From Acetatifactor sp. (lineage in GTDB: Bacteria; Bacillota; Clostridia; Lachnospirales; Lachnospiraceae): a stretch of 64,000 nucleotides of DNA. The notes beneath the pieces are model-generated. The model did not search any database. It was given only the letters and a program-made list of their open reading frames with translations, and had not been told where the DNA came from. Numbering within the stretch: position 1 is the first letter of the stretch; every line of letters starts with the position of its first letter. This document shows positions 1 through 10,973 of the stretch, one piece after another. The stretch covers positions 27,183 through 91,182 of the forward strand of contig JAEDDX010000002.1 of assembly GCA_016293615.1 (NCBI GenBank), written 5' to 3'. The position numbers and the translations under genes were made by a program.

Positions 1-789
1 ACCTCCCGCAAAGCCTGCTCCGACATAGAGAATATTTCCTGTGACCGCAAACACGACAAAGATATAGCTGACAAAGAAAATCAGTGCACTGCCCAGATCC
101 TTTGAAAGGACAGGCAGAAGCACGATGCAGCCTGCAAATACGGCAGACAGACTCACTCTTGCAAAAGAATGATCTTTCTTCAGAAGGGCCGCCAGGAAGA
201 ACAGAAAAAGAATCTTCACAAATTCTGACGGCTGGAAGGTAATGCTCTCCGCAATGGTAAATGTGATCTTCGAACCATGCGTTATCTCTCCCAGCAGATA
301 GACGCCCAAAAGACAACCTATGCTGAGCGCCGCATAAAGCCAGGTCAGATTCTTCAGAATGCCAAGCTTTGCGACCAGAAACGGGATGGAAAAGGAAACT
401 GCCAGTGCGATGAGCGCTATGATCAATTGCCTGACTGCCTTCTGCATGGAAAGTCTGCAAATGACAAACAAACCGATGCCTAACAGCATGGTCATATTGC
501 TTAACAGAAGCCTGTTGACAGTTTCATAAATCAACGGTGTCATGACCAGACAGGTCAATAGAAAAATCTGGACAAACAGATAAAAAAACAAATACTCAAA
601 TGCTTCTGTCTTGATCATCAGAACCGAGAACAGAAAGAGCTGCAGCATAAAAATAAGAATAGATTGCAGGATATAAAAGGGAGTGCTCTCTTCCTTCCCG
701 AGCAGGAAAGAAAGGAAACCGATACCTGTATAGGCCATAAAACAGAGTATTATGCCGTATCCTGCTAACTCACCGAGATATTGAATCAT
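1..789 (-). CDS. FtsW/RodA/SpoVE (SEDS) family protein, N-terminal part; runs off the window start
   Basis: Not in the ORF track. Manual translation from ATG at 789 gives a multi-TM protein with SEDS motifs FQPSEFVK and KDLGSALIFF, with no stop before position 1. Confidence 0.85.
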   Translation of the reverse strand, partial: MIQYLGELAGYGIILCFMAYTGIGFLSFLLGKEESTPFYILQSILIFMLQLFLFSVLMIKTEAFEYLFFYLFVQIFLLTCLVMTPLIYETVNRLLLSNMTMLLGIGLFVICRLSMQKAVRQLIIALIALAVSFSIPFLVAKLGILKNLTWLYAALSIGCLLGVYLLGEITHGSKITFTIAESITFQPSEFVKILFLFFLAALLKKDHSFARVSLSAVFAGCIVLLPVLSKDLGSALIFFVSYIFVVFAVTGNILYVGAGFAGG

Positions 790-796
790 TGTCCTA

Positions 797-3067
797 TTAC
801 TCTACTCCTCTTTTTTCGTGTCCCTTCGTATGCTCGAAGGAAGGGATGTCCTTCCCGAGCAGAAAGGCATCCAAGAGTTCACTGATCCTTGCCGGATCTT
901 CCACGGTAAAATCCATCCGACGACGCACCGCGCAATCGTCCCGCTGAACGGATTCTTTCAGCAGGGAAAAAGGAACTGAATTATAAATGATATTGAAGCA
1001 ATGTCTGCAATTGTTGACGCAGGGGAAGTCCTTGCCGTATCGGTCTGTCAGCATCGTGACAGTCTCCTGCCCGCAGGAGGCGTTTCCGGTGGTCTTCCGG
1101 ACACAGTTGGCGGTAATCATCATCGGGATGTGGCTGTAAACGATTTTGTCGAAAGAATCCCCCGTCAGGATGAGCCTGCGCTGTTCGGCTGCATTCAGTT
1201 CATAGGGGATGGTAAACCCTTCTGCAAGCCTTTCAAAGAAACGGACTGCCGACTGATTCCAGGTATAGACACCCGCATCGAGGCGTATTCGGAACTTTTT
1301 TGAGAACCGCTTCTGCACAAATCCAAGTTCATCTAAGGAACGCACGATCAAACCTTTTATCAGCGTATTCGCCGGTGCATTCTTGGGAGCTTTCATCATA
1401 GCTTCCCCGGCAAGCAGTGTCTCCAATCCTGTATAATACGATTCCTCTGTCTCGCGCATGATATACGGCAAGGTAAGGAAGATTGGGACATTTTGTTCTG
1501 ACAAAAGCTCTAAATCCGGCCGGATTGCTTCCGTTTCATACAGATAACTGTCACTGCTTAAGTAAACATCAATATCATCTGTCAATCCGGCGGCGTTTTT
1601 CTTAAGATAAAGAGCCACGGTATGCAGCTGCGCTGCGGTGGATACAGAGAGAACTTTCGTTCTTCGCTCTGGCAGCCTGTGTGCTTTTTGCTGTTTTTGA
1701 ATCGGGTCTTCCAGGGGTTGTTGTAATGCCGCTTTGTGCGAATTGCTTCTTGGGATAAGTATGGTTTCTTTTAATGCCTGCGCAGCGTTTCTGCGCATTT
1801 CATTCAGGGCTTTTAAGGAAAAGAAAGCGCCGGAATCCAGGCTGACCGTTATCTGCCCTGCAGAGAACGAGGTGTCTCCGAGTTTCGACAACTGTTTCGT
1901 GATGTTTTCCTCTGTGATCGGATTCTTCTGTGCAGCCTGTACCACATCTCCTTCTATCGTGACGGAGGCATCTTTGGCGCGCATGGTCAACAAAGCAGGC
2001 TCGTTGATACGAAATACGGCTTCCATAGTGACAGGCAGCCTTTTTTTATCTTGCAGATATTGGTTGTTAATTTGCGCTAGAAGCTCCTCATCATTTTCAC
2101 GGTAGGCAGGACTGTCCATGGTGATCATCTCCCTGCCGTTATGCTGATAATAATAGCCTGACTGAATCTCGCTGCGGATATAAAGCGACTGCAGAACAGC
2201 CATATCCTTTTTGCTGACCTGATATTTTTCTCCGGCGATTTCGGCTCCGTACTCTTCTCTTAAGGAATAGTAAGAATCAATGTACTTCCGATAGATGGCG
2301 GTGACACCGGCGACATATTCCGCCCGTTTCATACGGCCTTCGATCTTGAAGGAATCAATGCCTGCTTCGATAAGGTCCGGTATACAGTCTATCGTACACA
2401 TATCCTTCAGACTTAAGAAGTGACCGCTTCTTTTCCTGCCGTTCGTGCCTGTAACAGAAAAGGGAAGTCTGCAGGGTTGGGCACAGCGTCCTCTGTTACC
2501 GCTTCTGCCGCCCAGAATACTGCTGAAAAGGCATTGCCCGGAATAACAATAACACATGGCGCCGTGAATAAATGTCTCAAGCTCGATATCCACCTGTTGC
2601 TTTATCTTTTTAAGATCCGAGAGACTGATTTCCCTCGCAGGAACAATACGGCTTGCACCCTGTTCCTTTAAAAAATCAGCACCATATGAAGTGCATATCG
2701 ACATCTGGGTACTGCCGTGTAATTCAAGACCAGGAAAATGCTCTCTCAAAAACTGAAACACACCGGCGTCCTGAATAATGACGCCGTCCAGACCGGCATC
2801 ATAGAAAGGCTGAATATATTCGTACAACTGTGCAAATTCCGACTCCTTCAAGAGTGTGTTGACCGTCAGATACACCTTTCTGTCAAACAGATGGCAATAC
2901 TCGATGGCCTCAACCAATTCTTCCGTTGTGAAATTGTCAGCATATGCTCTTGCTCCGAACCGGTTTCCCGCGAGATAAACGGCATCAGCGCCGGCATTGA
3001 CCGCTCCGTATAATGCTTCCGGGTTTCCTGCGGGAGCGAGAAGTTCCACAAACTTTCGGTTACCCAT
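797..3067 (-). CDS. U32 peptidase family Fe-S protein (RlhA/TrhP-like RNA hydroxylation family), long form
   Basis: ELLAPAG start; HGAMCYCYSGQC...RGRCAQPCR four-Cys motif; SFKIEGRMK. Start moved to ATG 3067 behind GGAGGT. Confidence 0.85.
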   Translation of the reverse strand: MGNRKFVELLAPAGNPEALYGAVNAGADAVYLAGNRFGARAYADNFTTEELVEAIEYCHLFDRKVYLTVNTLLKESEFAQLYEYIQPFYDAGLDGVIIQDAGVFQFLREHFPGLELHGSTQMSICTSYGADFLKEQGASRIVPAREISLSDLKKIKQQVDIELETFIHGAMCYCYSGQCLFSSILGGRSGNRGRCAQPCRLPFSVTGTNGRKRSGHFLSLKDMCTIDCIPDLIEAGIDSFKIEGRMKRAEYVAGVTAIYRKYIDSYYSLREEYGAEIAGEKYQVSKKDMAVLQSLYIRSEIQSGYYYQHNGREMITMDSPAYRENDEELLAQINNQYLQDKKRLPVTMEAVFRINEPALLTMRAKDASVTIEGDVVQAAQKNPITEENITKQLSKLGDTSFSAGQITVSLDSGAFFSLKALNEMRRNAAQALKETILIPRSNSHKAALQQPLEDPIQKQQKAHRLPERRTKVLSVSTAAQLHTVALYLKKNAAGLTDDIDVYLSSDSYLYETEAIRPDLELLSEQNVPIFLTLPYIMRETEESYYTGLETLLAGEAMMKAPKNAPANTLIKGLIVRSLDELGFVQKRFSKKFRIRLDAGVYTWNQSAVRFFERLAEGFTIPYELNAAEQRRLILTGDSFDKIVYSHIPMMITANCVRKTTGNASCGQETVTMLTDRYGKDFPCVNNCRHCFNIIYNSVPFSLLKESVQRDDCAVRRRMDFTVEDPARISELLDAFLLGKDIPSFEHTKGHEKRGVE

Positions 3068-3095
3068 ATAACCTCCTGTAGCTGCTTTATATAAC

Positions 3096-3122
3096 AAAAG
3101 CTGTCCGAAAACGGACAGCTTT
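3096..3122 (-). terminator. Hairpin downstream of zapA
   Basis: AAAGCTGTCCG-AAAA-CGGACAGCTTT perfect inverted repeat. Confidence 0.65.
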
Positions 3123-3128
3123 CTCTTC

Positions 3129-3530
3129 TTATTTGTTGCTCAATTCTGTTTCCAAACGTACAATGCGTTTCACATTTTCATTTAATTCATGCTGCAGACT
3201 CTTTACCTGGTCTTCGGAACTCTCTAATTTAATCTGTGCAGAAATCAATTCGTGCTTTAAATCATACAATTCCTTTTCCTTGGCCTGAAGCTCTTCCTCC
3301 AGGATGGCGATCTGCTTCTTCGCTTTGAAAAAATCGTCGGCAATATTCAGCTGCAGCAGCACGGACTGGGTTTCCATCGGCTGCTTGCGAAAACCATCGA
3401 CCTTCAAATATTCATTTACCTTATTGTTGATATAAGAAGCTACCCTTTGAAGGTACTCTTCACTTTCATATCCGCTTAATGTAAAGACTTTTCCACCGAT
3501 AATGACTTCTGTATCTGTTTTCGCTGACAT
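3129..3530 (-). CDS. zapA: Cell division protein ZapA with extended coiled coil
   Basis: VIIGGKVFTLSGYESEEYLQRVASYINNK...LNIADD pattern; ATG 3530 after AAAGGGGAG. Confidence 0.8.
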   Translation of the reverse strand: MSAKTDTEVIIGGKVFTLSGYESEEYLQRVASYINNKVNEYLKVDGFRKQPMETQSVLLQLNIADDFFKAKKQIAILEEELQAKEKELYDLKHELISAQIKLESSEDQVKSLQHELNENVKRIVRLETELSNK

Positions 3531-3569
3531 ATTGCGCTCCCCTTTTGTAGATACTTCTCTTACAGAGTC

Positions 3570-3598
3570 ATTATATCTCATTCTTGGAGGAGTGGCAA
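3570..3598 (-). promoter_or_regulatory. sigmaA-type promoter of zapA
   Basis: Minus strand TTGCCA-N17-TATAAT. Confidence 0.6.
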
Positions 3599-3618
3599 GC
3601 ACAAAAATCCGCAATTAG

Positions 3619-4629
3619 TTACAGATTCACACCGTTTCGGGGCAGACCGAAATGATGATACCCTGTCTCCGTGACAACTCTTCCGCGCGGCGTTCTGTGA
3701 ATGAGTCCGTTTTTGATCAGATAAGGCTCGTAAACATCCTCGATCGTGCCTGCGTCTTCGCCGATTGCTGCGGCAAGAGTATCCAGACCGACAGGACCGC
3801 CGCCAAACTTATCAATCATTGTGAGAATGATATTGCGGTCGATATGATCCAGTCCAAGTTTGTCTACATCCATCAGATCCAGAGCGGTGCAGGCAACCTC
3901 ACGCGTAATTACACCGTCGTATTTTACCTGTGCGAAATCACGCACCCGTTTTAAGATACGGTTGGCAAGTCTGGGGGTGCCCCGGCTTCTTCTCGCCATT
4001 TCTTTTGCACCGCCCGGTTCGATTTCTACATTCAGAATACGGGCTGAGTGCATGATAATCATCTGCAATTCCTCTACAGTATAGAATTCCAGGTGATGAA
4101 TCATCCCGAATCGGTCTCTCAAAGGTGCTGTCAGAAGACCGGCTCTTGTTGTTGCTCCGACTAAAGTAAACTTCGGAAGATCCAGTCTGACACTTCTGGC
4201 AGAGGAACCCTTTCCTATCATGATATCAATACAATAATCTTCCATGGCAGGATACAATACTTCCTCCACCTGCCTGCTCAATCGATGGATCTCATCTACA
4301 AACAACAGATCTCCCTCGTCGAGATTATTTAAAATGGCCGCCATCTCACCGGGCTTTTCAATGGCGGGACCGCTGGTCACCTTCAGATGAACGCCCATTT
4401 CATTCGCAATGATACCGGCAAGCGTGGTCTTGCCAAGTCCGGGTGGTCCGTAAAACAGAACGTGATCCAACGCATCCCCGCGCTGTTTGGCGGCTTCAAT
4501 ATAAATTTTCAGAGTCTCTTTGATCTTCGACTGACCAATATAATCATTTAGAGTCTGCGGTCTCAGGGAACCTTCTATTTTGATATCTTCTTCGGTGATA
4601 TTGGTTTCAATCATTCTTCTGGCCGGCAT
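3619..4629 (-). CDS. ruvB: Holliday junction branch migration helicase RuvB
   Basis: [37 protein letters not shown]. Confidence 0.97.
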   Translation of the reverse strand: MPARRMIETNITEEDIKIEGSLRPQTLNDYIGQSKIKETLKIYIEAAKQRGDALDHVLFYGPPGLGKTTLAGIIANEMGVHLKVTSGPAIEKPGEMAAILNNLDEGDLLFVDEIHRLSRQVEEVLYPAMEDYCIDIMIGKGSSARSVRLDLPKFTLVGATTRAGLLTAPLRDRFGMIHHLEFYTVEELQMIIMHSARILNVEIEPGGAKEMARRSRGTPRLANRILKRVRDFAQVKYDGVITREVACTALDLMDVDKLGLDHIDRNIILTMIDKFGGGPVGLDTLAAAIGEDAGTIEDVYEPYLIKNGLIHRTPRGRVVTETGYHHFGLPRNGVNL

Positions 4630-4652
4630 ACTATCGTCTCACCTTTATCTTC

Positions 4653-5264
4653 CTAAAACATTTTCTTTAATGCTGCTTTCAGAATCGCTCCCGAATCCAT
4701 GTTCTCAATGTTCTCAACGGAATTGACAGCGGAGATGCTTTCCGTCTGCCCGTATCCCAGGGAAATGAGAGCTTCTATTGCTTCTCTCTTTTCCGGCGAA
4801 TCATTTTTGAACGAGCCGGACTGTGCCGTAACTGCAATCTCATGATCGATCAACACATCATCGATAGAAATCTTATCCTTTAGCTCGAGGATCACTTTTT
4901 GTGCGGTCTTCGTACCGATGCCGGGCGCCTTTGCAATTGCTTTGGCATCGCCTGACATGATTGCATATCGCAGGTCATCGACATCCATGACAGAAAGAAT
5001 GGATAATCCACCCTTCGGTCCTATGCCGTTCACAGTGATCAGCATCTTGTACAGCTCCAATTCCCCCCGGCTCAGAAAACCAAACAGTTGAAAGGCATCC
5101 TCTCTGACACAGGTATAGGTATACAGTGTTACCAATTCTCCCTCGCCGGGAAGTCTGGATGCAGTATCTGTCGAAATATTCACATTGTAACCGATTCCGT
5201 TGACATCGATTACCACATGATCAGCCGTAATATACTCTACAATTCCACGAACATATGCAATCAA
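4653..5264 (-). CDS. ruvA: Holliday junction DNA-binding protein RuvA
   Basis: IAYVRG, VREDAFQLFGF, HhH motifs VNGIGPK and PGIGTKTA; probable TTG start at 5264. Confidence 0.95.
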   Translation of the reverse strand: MIAYVRGIVEYITADHVVIDVNGIGYNVNISTDTASRLPGEGELVTLYTYTCVREDAFQLFGFLSRGELELYKMLITVNGIGPKGGLSILSVMDVDDLRYAIMSGDAKAIAKAPGIGTKTAQKVILELKDKISIDDVLIDHEIAVTAQSGSFKNDSPEKREAIEALISLGYGQTESISAVNSVENIENMDSGAILKAALKKMF

Positions 5265-5327
5265 TTCAGTCCCATTCCTTTCCGGGAACATATACGCCCA
5301 GTACTGATAAGAACATCATACCATAGT

Positions 5328-5341
5328 CGAACATATGTTTC
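5328..5341. promoter_or_regulatory. LexA (Cheo/SOS) box upstream of ruvA
   Basis: CGAACATATGTTTC matches the Gram-positive consensus CGAACRNRYGTTYC at all 14 positions. Confidence 0.85.
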
Positions 5342-6698
5342 AAGCAAGTTTTTTCTTCATTTTGTTGTAAACGATCAGGAAACATATCAAATGCACGAAA
5401 AATGTCAGTGCCCAGCTGATCGGATAAGAAAGATACAGGCACGGCAGGGTATGTACTTTACTGAATACCGTATAGATCCATACAACCCGGAACAGGCAGG
5501 CGCCTGTCAAAGAGACAAGCATCGGCATGATTCCGTACCCGAGACCTCTGATGGCACCTACTATGACGTCCATCATGCCGCACAGGAAATACGGCACGCA
5601 GATATAGGCCATACGAAGCACACCATAAGAGATGACCTCTGCATCGTCGGAATACAGCCTGAGCAATACACCGGCAAACAGGTATGCCCCATTACCCAAC
5701 AGTAAGCCGACAGCGATGACCAACACTTCACAGATTACAAGTACTTTTGCCACTCTGTCGAGCTTTTTAGCACCGAAATTCTGCCCGCTGAAGCTGATTG
5801 CCGTCTGATAGAACGCATTCATTGCCACATATACAAAGCCTTCAATATTGCTTCCGGCAGTGTTTCCGGCCATGACAATCGAACCGAAACCATTGATGGA
5901 GGATTGTATCAGCACATTGGAGATGGAGAACAGGGAGCCCTGCAATCCGGCCGGCAGACCGATTCTGACGAGCTTGAGCAGTTTATCCGTATCAAACCGG
6001 AGGTCTGACAATACCAGTTTATATACCCCGTCGGTCTTTAGCAGACACCGAAGCACCAATAAGGCCGATACCATCTGAGAAACAATGGTTGCTGTTGCAA
6101 CACCTGCCACTCCCATGGAGAATACGATGACAAAGATCAGATTTAGTACCACATTCATGATTCCTGCTAAAAACAGGTAATACAAAGGTCTCTTGGTATC
6201 TCCTACTGCCCTCAGTACTGCACTGCCAAAGTTATAAGTCATAAGAAAAGGCATGCCCGCAAAATAGATTCGCATATATAACACAGAATGTCTGATGACA
6301 TCATCCGGTGTCCCCATCAGCTGCAAGGCCGGTTTAGAGACAAAGAAACCGACAAATATCAGCAAGATACCACCGACCAGAGAAGTCAATATTGCTGTCT
6401 GGACCATCTCCTTCAGGTCCTTCTTCTGATCCGCCCCATAATATCTTGCTACCAGTACATTGGCACCCACGGATAAACCGATAAACAGATTCACCAAAAG
6501 ATTGGTCAGGGAACCGGTACAGCCAACAGCAGCCAGTGCTTCATTTCCGGCAAACCGGCCGACAACTGCAATGTCTGCAGCGTTGAACAAAAGCTGTAAA
6601 ATACTGGAGCACATCAACGGGAAATAGAACACCAGAATCTTTTTCAGAAGCGGTCCGTTGCACATATCTATTTCATATTTTTTTGTTTTTTCCTTCAT
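5340..6698 (-). CDS. MATE family efflux transporter
   Basis: About 12 hydrophobic segments; QLLFNAADIAVVGRF, LRAVGDTKRPL, GVAGVATAT; ATG 6698. Confidence 0.9.
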   Translation of the reverse strand: MKEKTKKYEIDMCNGPLLKKILVFYFPLMCSSILQLLFNAADIAVVGRFAGNEALAAVGCTGSLTNLLVNLFIGLSVGANVLVARYYGADQKKDLKEMVQTAILTSLVGGILLIFVGFFVSKPALQLMGTPDDVIRHSVLYMRIYFAGMPFLMTYNFGSAVLRAVGDTKRPLYYLFLAGIMNVVLNLIFVIVFSMGVAGVATATIVSQMVSALLVLRCLLKTDGVYKLVLSDLRFDTDKLLKLVRIGLPAGLQGSLFSISNVLIQSSINGFGSIVMAGNTAGSNIEGFVYVAMNAFYQTAISFSGQNFGAKKLDRVAKVLVICEVLVIAVGLLLGNGAYLFAGVLLRLYSDDAEVISYGVLRMAYICVPYFLCGMMDVIVGAIRGLGYGIMPMLVSLTGACLFRVVWIYTVFSKVHTLPCLYLSYPISWALTFFVHLICFLIVYNKMKKKLA

Positions 6699-6732
6699 AA
6701 CACACTCTCTTCTTTCACGGATACGCTCTGTG

Positions 6733-6772
6733 AAAAAAACGAAACGAGACCTGCGCAGGCAGCGCAGGTCTC
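6733..6772 (-). terminator. Rho-independent terminator after leuD
   Basis: GAGACCTGCGC-N5-GCGCAGGTCTC, then a T-rich tail on the minus strand. Confidence 0.7.
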
Positions 6773-6778
6773 TCCGCA

Positions 6779-7264
6779 TTATTTGTTGTTGATATAGTTG
6801 ATCAATCCTTCGGAAGCAATGATCTTCTGCATGAATTCAGGGAAAGCCTGACCCTTGAAGGTAGTTCCCTTCGTGAGATTGGTGATGATACCGGTATCGA
6901 AATCCACATCCACCTCATCTCCTGCTTCGATTCCTTTGCTGGCTTCCGGACACTCAATAATGGGAAGTCCGATATTAATCGCATTGCGATAAAAGATTCT
7001 TGCAAATGTCTCTGCAATGACGCAGCTGACACCTGCCGCTTTGATTGCGATAGGAGCATGTTCACGGGAAGAACCGCAGCCGAAGTTCTTCTCGGCTACA
7101 ATAATATCCCCCTTCTTTACTCTCTTGACGAAATCCTTATCAATGTCCTCCATGCAGTGTGTTGCAAGCTCTGCGGGATCGGAGGAGTTCAAGTATCTGG
7201 CGGGGATAATAACATCAGTATCCACATTGTCACCGTATTTAAAAACCAAACCTTTTGCGTTCAT
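6779..7264 (-). CDS. leuD: 3-isopropylmalate dehydratase small subunit
   Basis: [36 protein letters not shown]. Confidence 0.95.
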   Translation of the reverse strand: MNAKGLVFKYGDNVDTDVIIPARYLNSSDPAELATHCMEDIDKDFVKRVKKGDIIVAEKNFGCGSSREHAPIAIKAAGVSCVIAETFARIFYRNAINIGLPIIECPEASKGIEAGDEVDVDFDTGIITNLTKGTTFKGQAFPEFMQKIIASEGLINYINNK

Positions 7265-7290
7265 GTTGATTCCTCTCTTCTTCAATCGTT

Positions 7291-8559
7291 TTATACTTCG
7301 TCGGGACCGGAAATGATGCCGGTGATGGCACTTGCTGCAGCAACAGCCGGGCTTGCCAGGTAAATTTCTGAAGTAATATGTCCCATGCGGCCTACGAAAT
7401 TACGGTTTGTGGTAGACACGCAGCGCTCTCCCTCGGCAAGGATACCCATATATCCGCCCAGACAAGGTCCACAGGTAGGAGTGCTTACAACCGCGCCGGC
7501 TTCAATAAAGGTCTTAAGGAGTCCTTCTTCCATAGCCTGAAGATAGATCTTCTGGGTCGCGGGAATCACGATACAACGCATTCCTTTTGCAATGTGTCTG
7601 CCCTTGAGAATCTCTGCGGCAATTCTAAGGTCATCGAGGCGTCCGTTGGTGCAGGAACCGATCACTACCTGATCTACCCTGATATCGTCCATCGCCTTGA
7701 TCTCATCAATGGTATGTGTGTTTTCGGGCAGATGAGGGAAGGATACGGTAGGGCGAAGTGTACTAAGATCAATGGTATAGGTCTCATCATACACAGCATC
7801 CTCATCAGCCGTATAAATCTTATATGCGCGGGAAGAATGCTCTTTCATGTAGCTTTCAGCGAGTTCATCCACAGGGAAGATACCGTTCTTGCCGCCGGCT
7901 TCGATTGCCATATTGGCAATGGTAAAGCGGTCATCCATGGAAAGATATGCAATACCGTCGCCGACAAACTCCATAGACTTATACAGCGCGCCGTCTACGC
8001 CGATCATACCGATGATATGAAGAATGATGTCCTTGCCGCTGATCCATTTTGCGGGCTTTCCCGTCAAAACAAACCGAATAGCTCCGGGAACCTTGAACCA
8101 GGCCTTGCCGGTAGCCATTCCGGCTGCCATATCGGTACTGCCGACACCGGTGGAGAAAGCACCGAGTGCACCATATGTACAGGTATGAGAATCGGCTCCG
8201 ATGATGACATCTCCGGCTACGGTCAAGCCTTTCTCGGGAAGCAGCGCATGCTCGATCCCCATCTCTCCTACTTCGAAATAATTCGTAATCTCGTTTCTTC
8301 TTGCAAATTCACGAACACATTTGCAGTGCTCTGCAGACTTGATATCCTTATTGGGTACAAAGTGGTCAGGGACAAGAGCGATTTTATCCTTGTTGAATAC
8401 ACCCTTTGCGTTGAATTTATCCATTTCCTTGATTGCGACAGGGCTAGTAATGTCATTGCCGAGCACGAGGTCCAGGTTCGCCTCAATCAACTGTCCTGCT
8501 TCGACCTTGTCGAGTCCTGCTGCAGCGGCAAGAATTTTCTGTGTCATTGTCATTCCCAT
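7291..8559 (-). CDS. leuC: 3-isopropylmalate dehydratase large subunit
   Basis: [37 protein letters not shown]. Confidence 0.95.
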   Translation of the reverse strand: MGMTMTQKILAAAAGLDKVEAGQLIEANLDLVLGNDITSPVAIKEMDKFNAKGVFNKDKIALVPDHFVPNKDIKSAEHCKCVREFARRNEITNYFEVGEMGIEHALLPEKGLTVAGDVIIGADSHTCTYGALGAFSTGVGSTDMAAGMATGKAWFKVPGAIRFVLTGKPAKWISGKDIILHIIGMIGVDGALYKSMEFVGDGIAYLSMDDRFTIANMAIEAGGKNGIFPVDELAESYMKEHSSRAYKIYTADEDAVYDETYTIDLSTLRPTVSFPHLPENTHTIDEIKAMDDIRVDQVVIGSCTNGRLDDLRIAAEILKGRHIAKGMRCIVIPATQKIYLQAMEEGLLKTFIEAGAVVSTPTCGPCLGGYMGILAEGERCVSTTNRNFVGRMGHITSEIYLASPAVAAASAITGIISGPDEV

Positions 8560-8722
8560 AACTCTTTACCAATCCTTTCTTCAAATATCTTCCTATCATC
8601 ATATCACAAGAGTATCTTTTGTTCAAACAGAACTTCTTGATTTATTTTGTCCATTGTGTATCACTATGATGACGCACGGGCCGGTCTTTCGCCGAAACGA
8701 TTTTCCACAGGGCAAAAAGCAG

Positions 8723-8749
8723 AAAAAAAGGGCTGCCATACGGCAGCCC
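8723..8749 (-). terminator. Rho-independent terminator after ilvC
   Basis: GGGCTGCC-ATAC-GGCAGCCC with a 7-T tail on the minus strand. Confidence 0.8.
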
Positions 8750-8768
8750 CGAAAGTTGTTTCGACGGA

Positions 8769-9821
<1,053 letters not shown>

Positions 9822-9853
9822 TTATAACTGACAGGATATGTACCTGGAGCTAA

Positions 9854-10360
9854 CTATTGATTCTCTGCGAACAGCATGTTCTCGGTGCCTCGTCCGAGAC
9901 CCGCGATACCGGTTCTTGCCTGCTCGAGGATTTCGAAACCGTCAAGCAGTCCGATAAATGCCTCAATTTTGGACTGATTACCGGTCAGTTCAATGATCAG
10001 GCTTTCGGGAGCAACATCCACAATCTTCGCACGGAAGATATCTGCTACGGAAATGACGCTCTGGCGCTGTTCTGCCGTAGCATGAACCTTCAGAAGAAGC
10101 AGTTCTCTGTAAACGCTCTCCTCGGGTTTTAACTCTCTGATCTCCTTGACATCGATCAGCTTGGCAAGCTGTTTCTCGATCTGCTCGAGTATTTCATCGT
10201 CACCGGAAGTCACAATGGTAACTCTGCTGTATCTGGGGTCAGATGTCTGACCTGCGGTGATACTTTCAATATTATAGCCTCTTCTGGAGAACAGTCCGGC
10301 GATTCTGGAGAGAACACCGGAAGTGTTGTCCGCAAGAAGCTGAAATACTTTCTTCTGCAT
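9854..10360 (-). CDS. ilvN: Acetolactate synthase small (regulatory) subunit, copy 1
   Basis: ACT domain DNTSGVLSRIAGLFSRRGYNIESI; C-terminal ARTG. Confidence 0.93.
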   Translation of the reverse strand: MQKKVFQLLADNTSGVLSRIAGLFSRRGYNIESITAGQTSDPRYSRVTIVTSGDDEILEQIEKQLAKLIDVKEIRELKPEESVYRELLLLKVHATAEQRQSVISVADIFRAKIVDVAPESLIIELTGNQSKIEAFIGLLDGFEILEQARTGIAGLGRGTENMLFAENQ

Positions 10361-10394
10361 AACTAAACTACCTCTTACCCTAATCTTAAAGAAT

Positions 10395-10423
10395 AATATA
10401 ACAACTTATGAAATGAATGTCAA
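10395..10423 (-). promoter_or_regulatory. sigmaA promoter for ilvN(1)-ilvC
   Basis: Minus strand TTGACA-N17-TATATT with an extended TG. Confidence 0.7.
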
Positions 10424-10467
10424 CACAATAATTTAGTTTATTAAAGTGATAAAGATAAATATCTGCG

Positions 10468-10962
10468 CTAATCGTTTTCGATGCACTTTGCGAGCGCAAG
10501 GGTTCCGGTGCGGGCTACCTCCACGATGCTGATCGTCTGCAGCATCTGAATCAGAAGATTCACTCTCTCGGGCGTATCGCAGATCTGCAGCATCAGATAA
10601 TGCTTGGACATGTCTACGATTGATACCTTCATGATGTCGCATATCTCCATGATCTCTCGGCGATTGTTCTTGTTATACTTTACCTTCAGAAGCATCAGCT
10701 CTCTTGTGATACACTGCTGTTCGGCAAAAGTTTTCACCTTGATGACATCCAGTTTCTTGTTGAGCTGCTTGTCGATCTGCTCGATGGTTCTCTCGTCGCC
10801 GCTGCTGACGATGGTCATACAGGAAATGGTAGGGTCATCGGTCTCTCCCACAGTCAGACTGTCAATATTAAAGCATCTTCTGGAGAACAGACCCGCAACC
10901 TTACAGAGAACACCGGATCTGTTTTCCACCAAAACAGAATAGATTCTTGTATTCTTTTTCAT
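10468..10962 (-). CDS. ilvN: Acetolactate synthase small subunit, copy 2
   Basis: ENRSGVLCKVAGLFSRRCFNIDSL...EVARTG; ATG 10962 after GGAGG. Confidence 0.9.
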   Translation of the reverse strand: MKKNTRIYSVLVENRSGVLCKVAGLFSRRCFNIDSLTVGETDDPTISCMTIVSSGDERTIEQIDKQLNKKLDVIKVKTFAEQQCITRELMLLKVKYNKNNRREIMEICDIMKVSIVDMSKHYLMLQICDTPERVNLLIQMLQTISIVEVARTGTLALAKCIEND

Positions 10963-10973
10963 GACTTTGCCTC

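Noticed and set aside
277..483. 68-aa plus-strand ORF
   Set aside because: It lies antisense within the partial FtsW/RodA-family gene.
7378..8640. Long antisense ORFs (7378-8640, 8847-9746, 16974-17864, 44139-45065, 45230-46186, 46397-47446, 52981-53988 and similar)
   Set aside because: They mirror well-supported minus-strand genes, have no recognisable motifs, and are expected shadows of biased codon usage.
8560..8768. T-box or attenuator upstream of leuC (also checked for ilvN, leuB, serC and argH)
   Set aside because: No T-box antiterminator motif (GGTGGnACCGCG) and no leader peptide; the hairpin present is the ilvC terminator.
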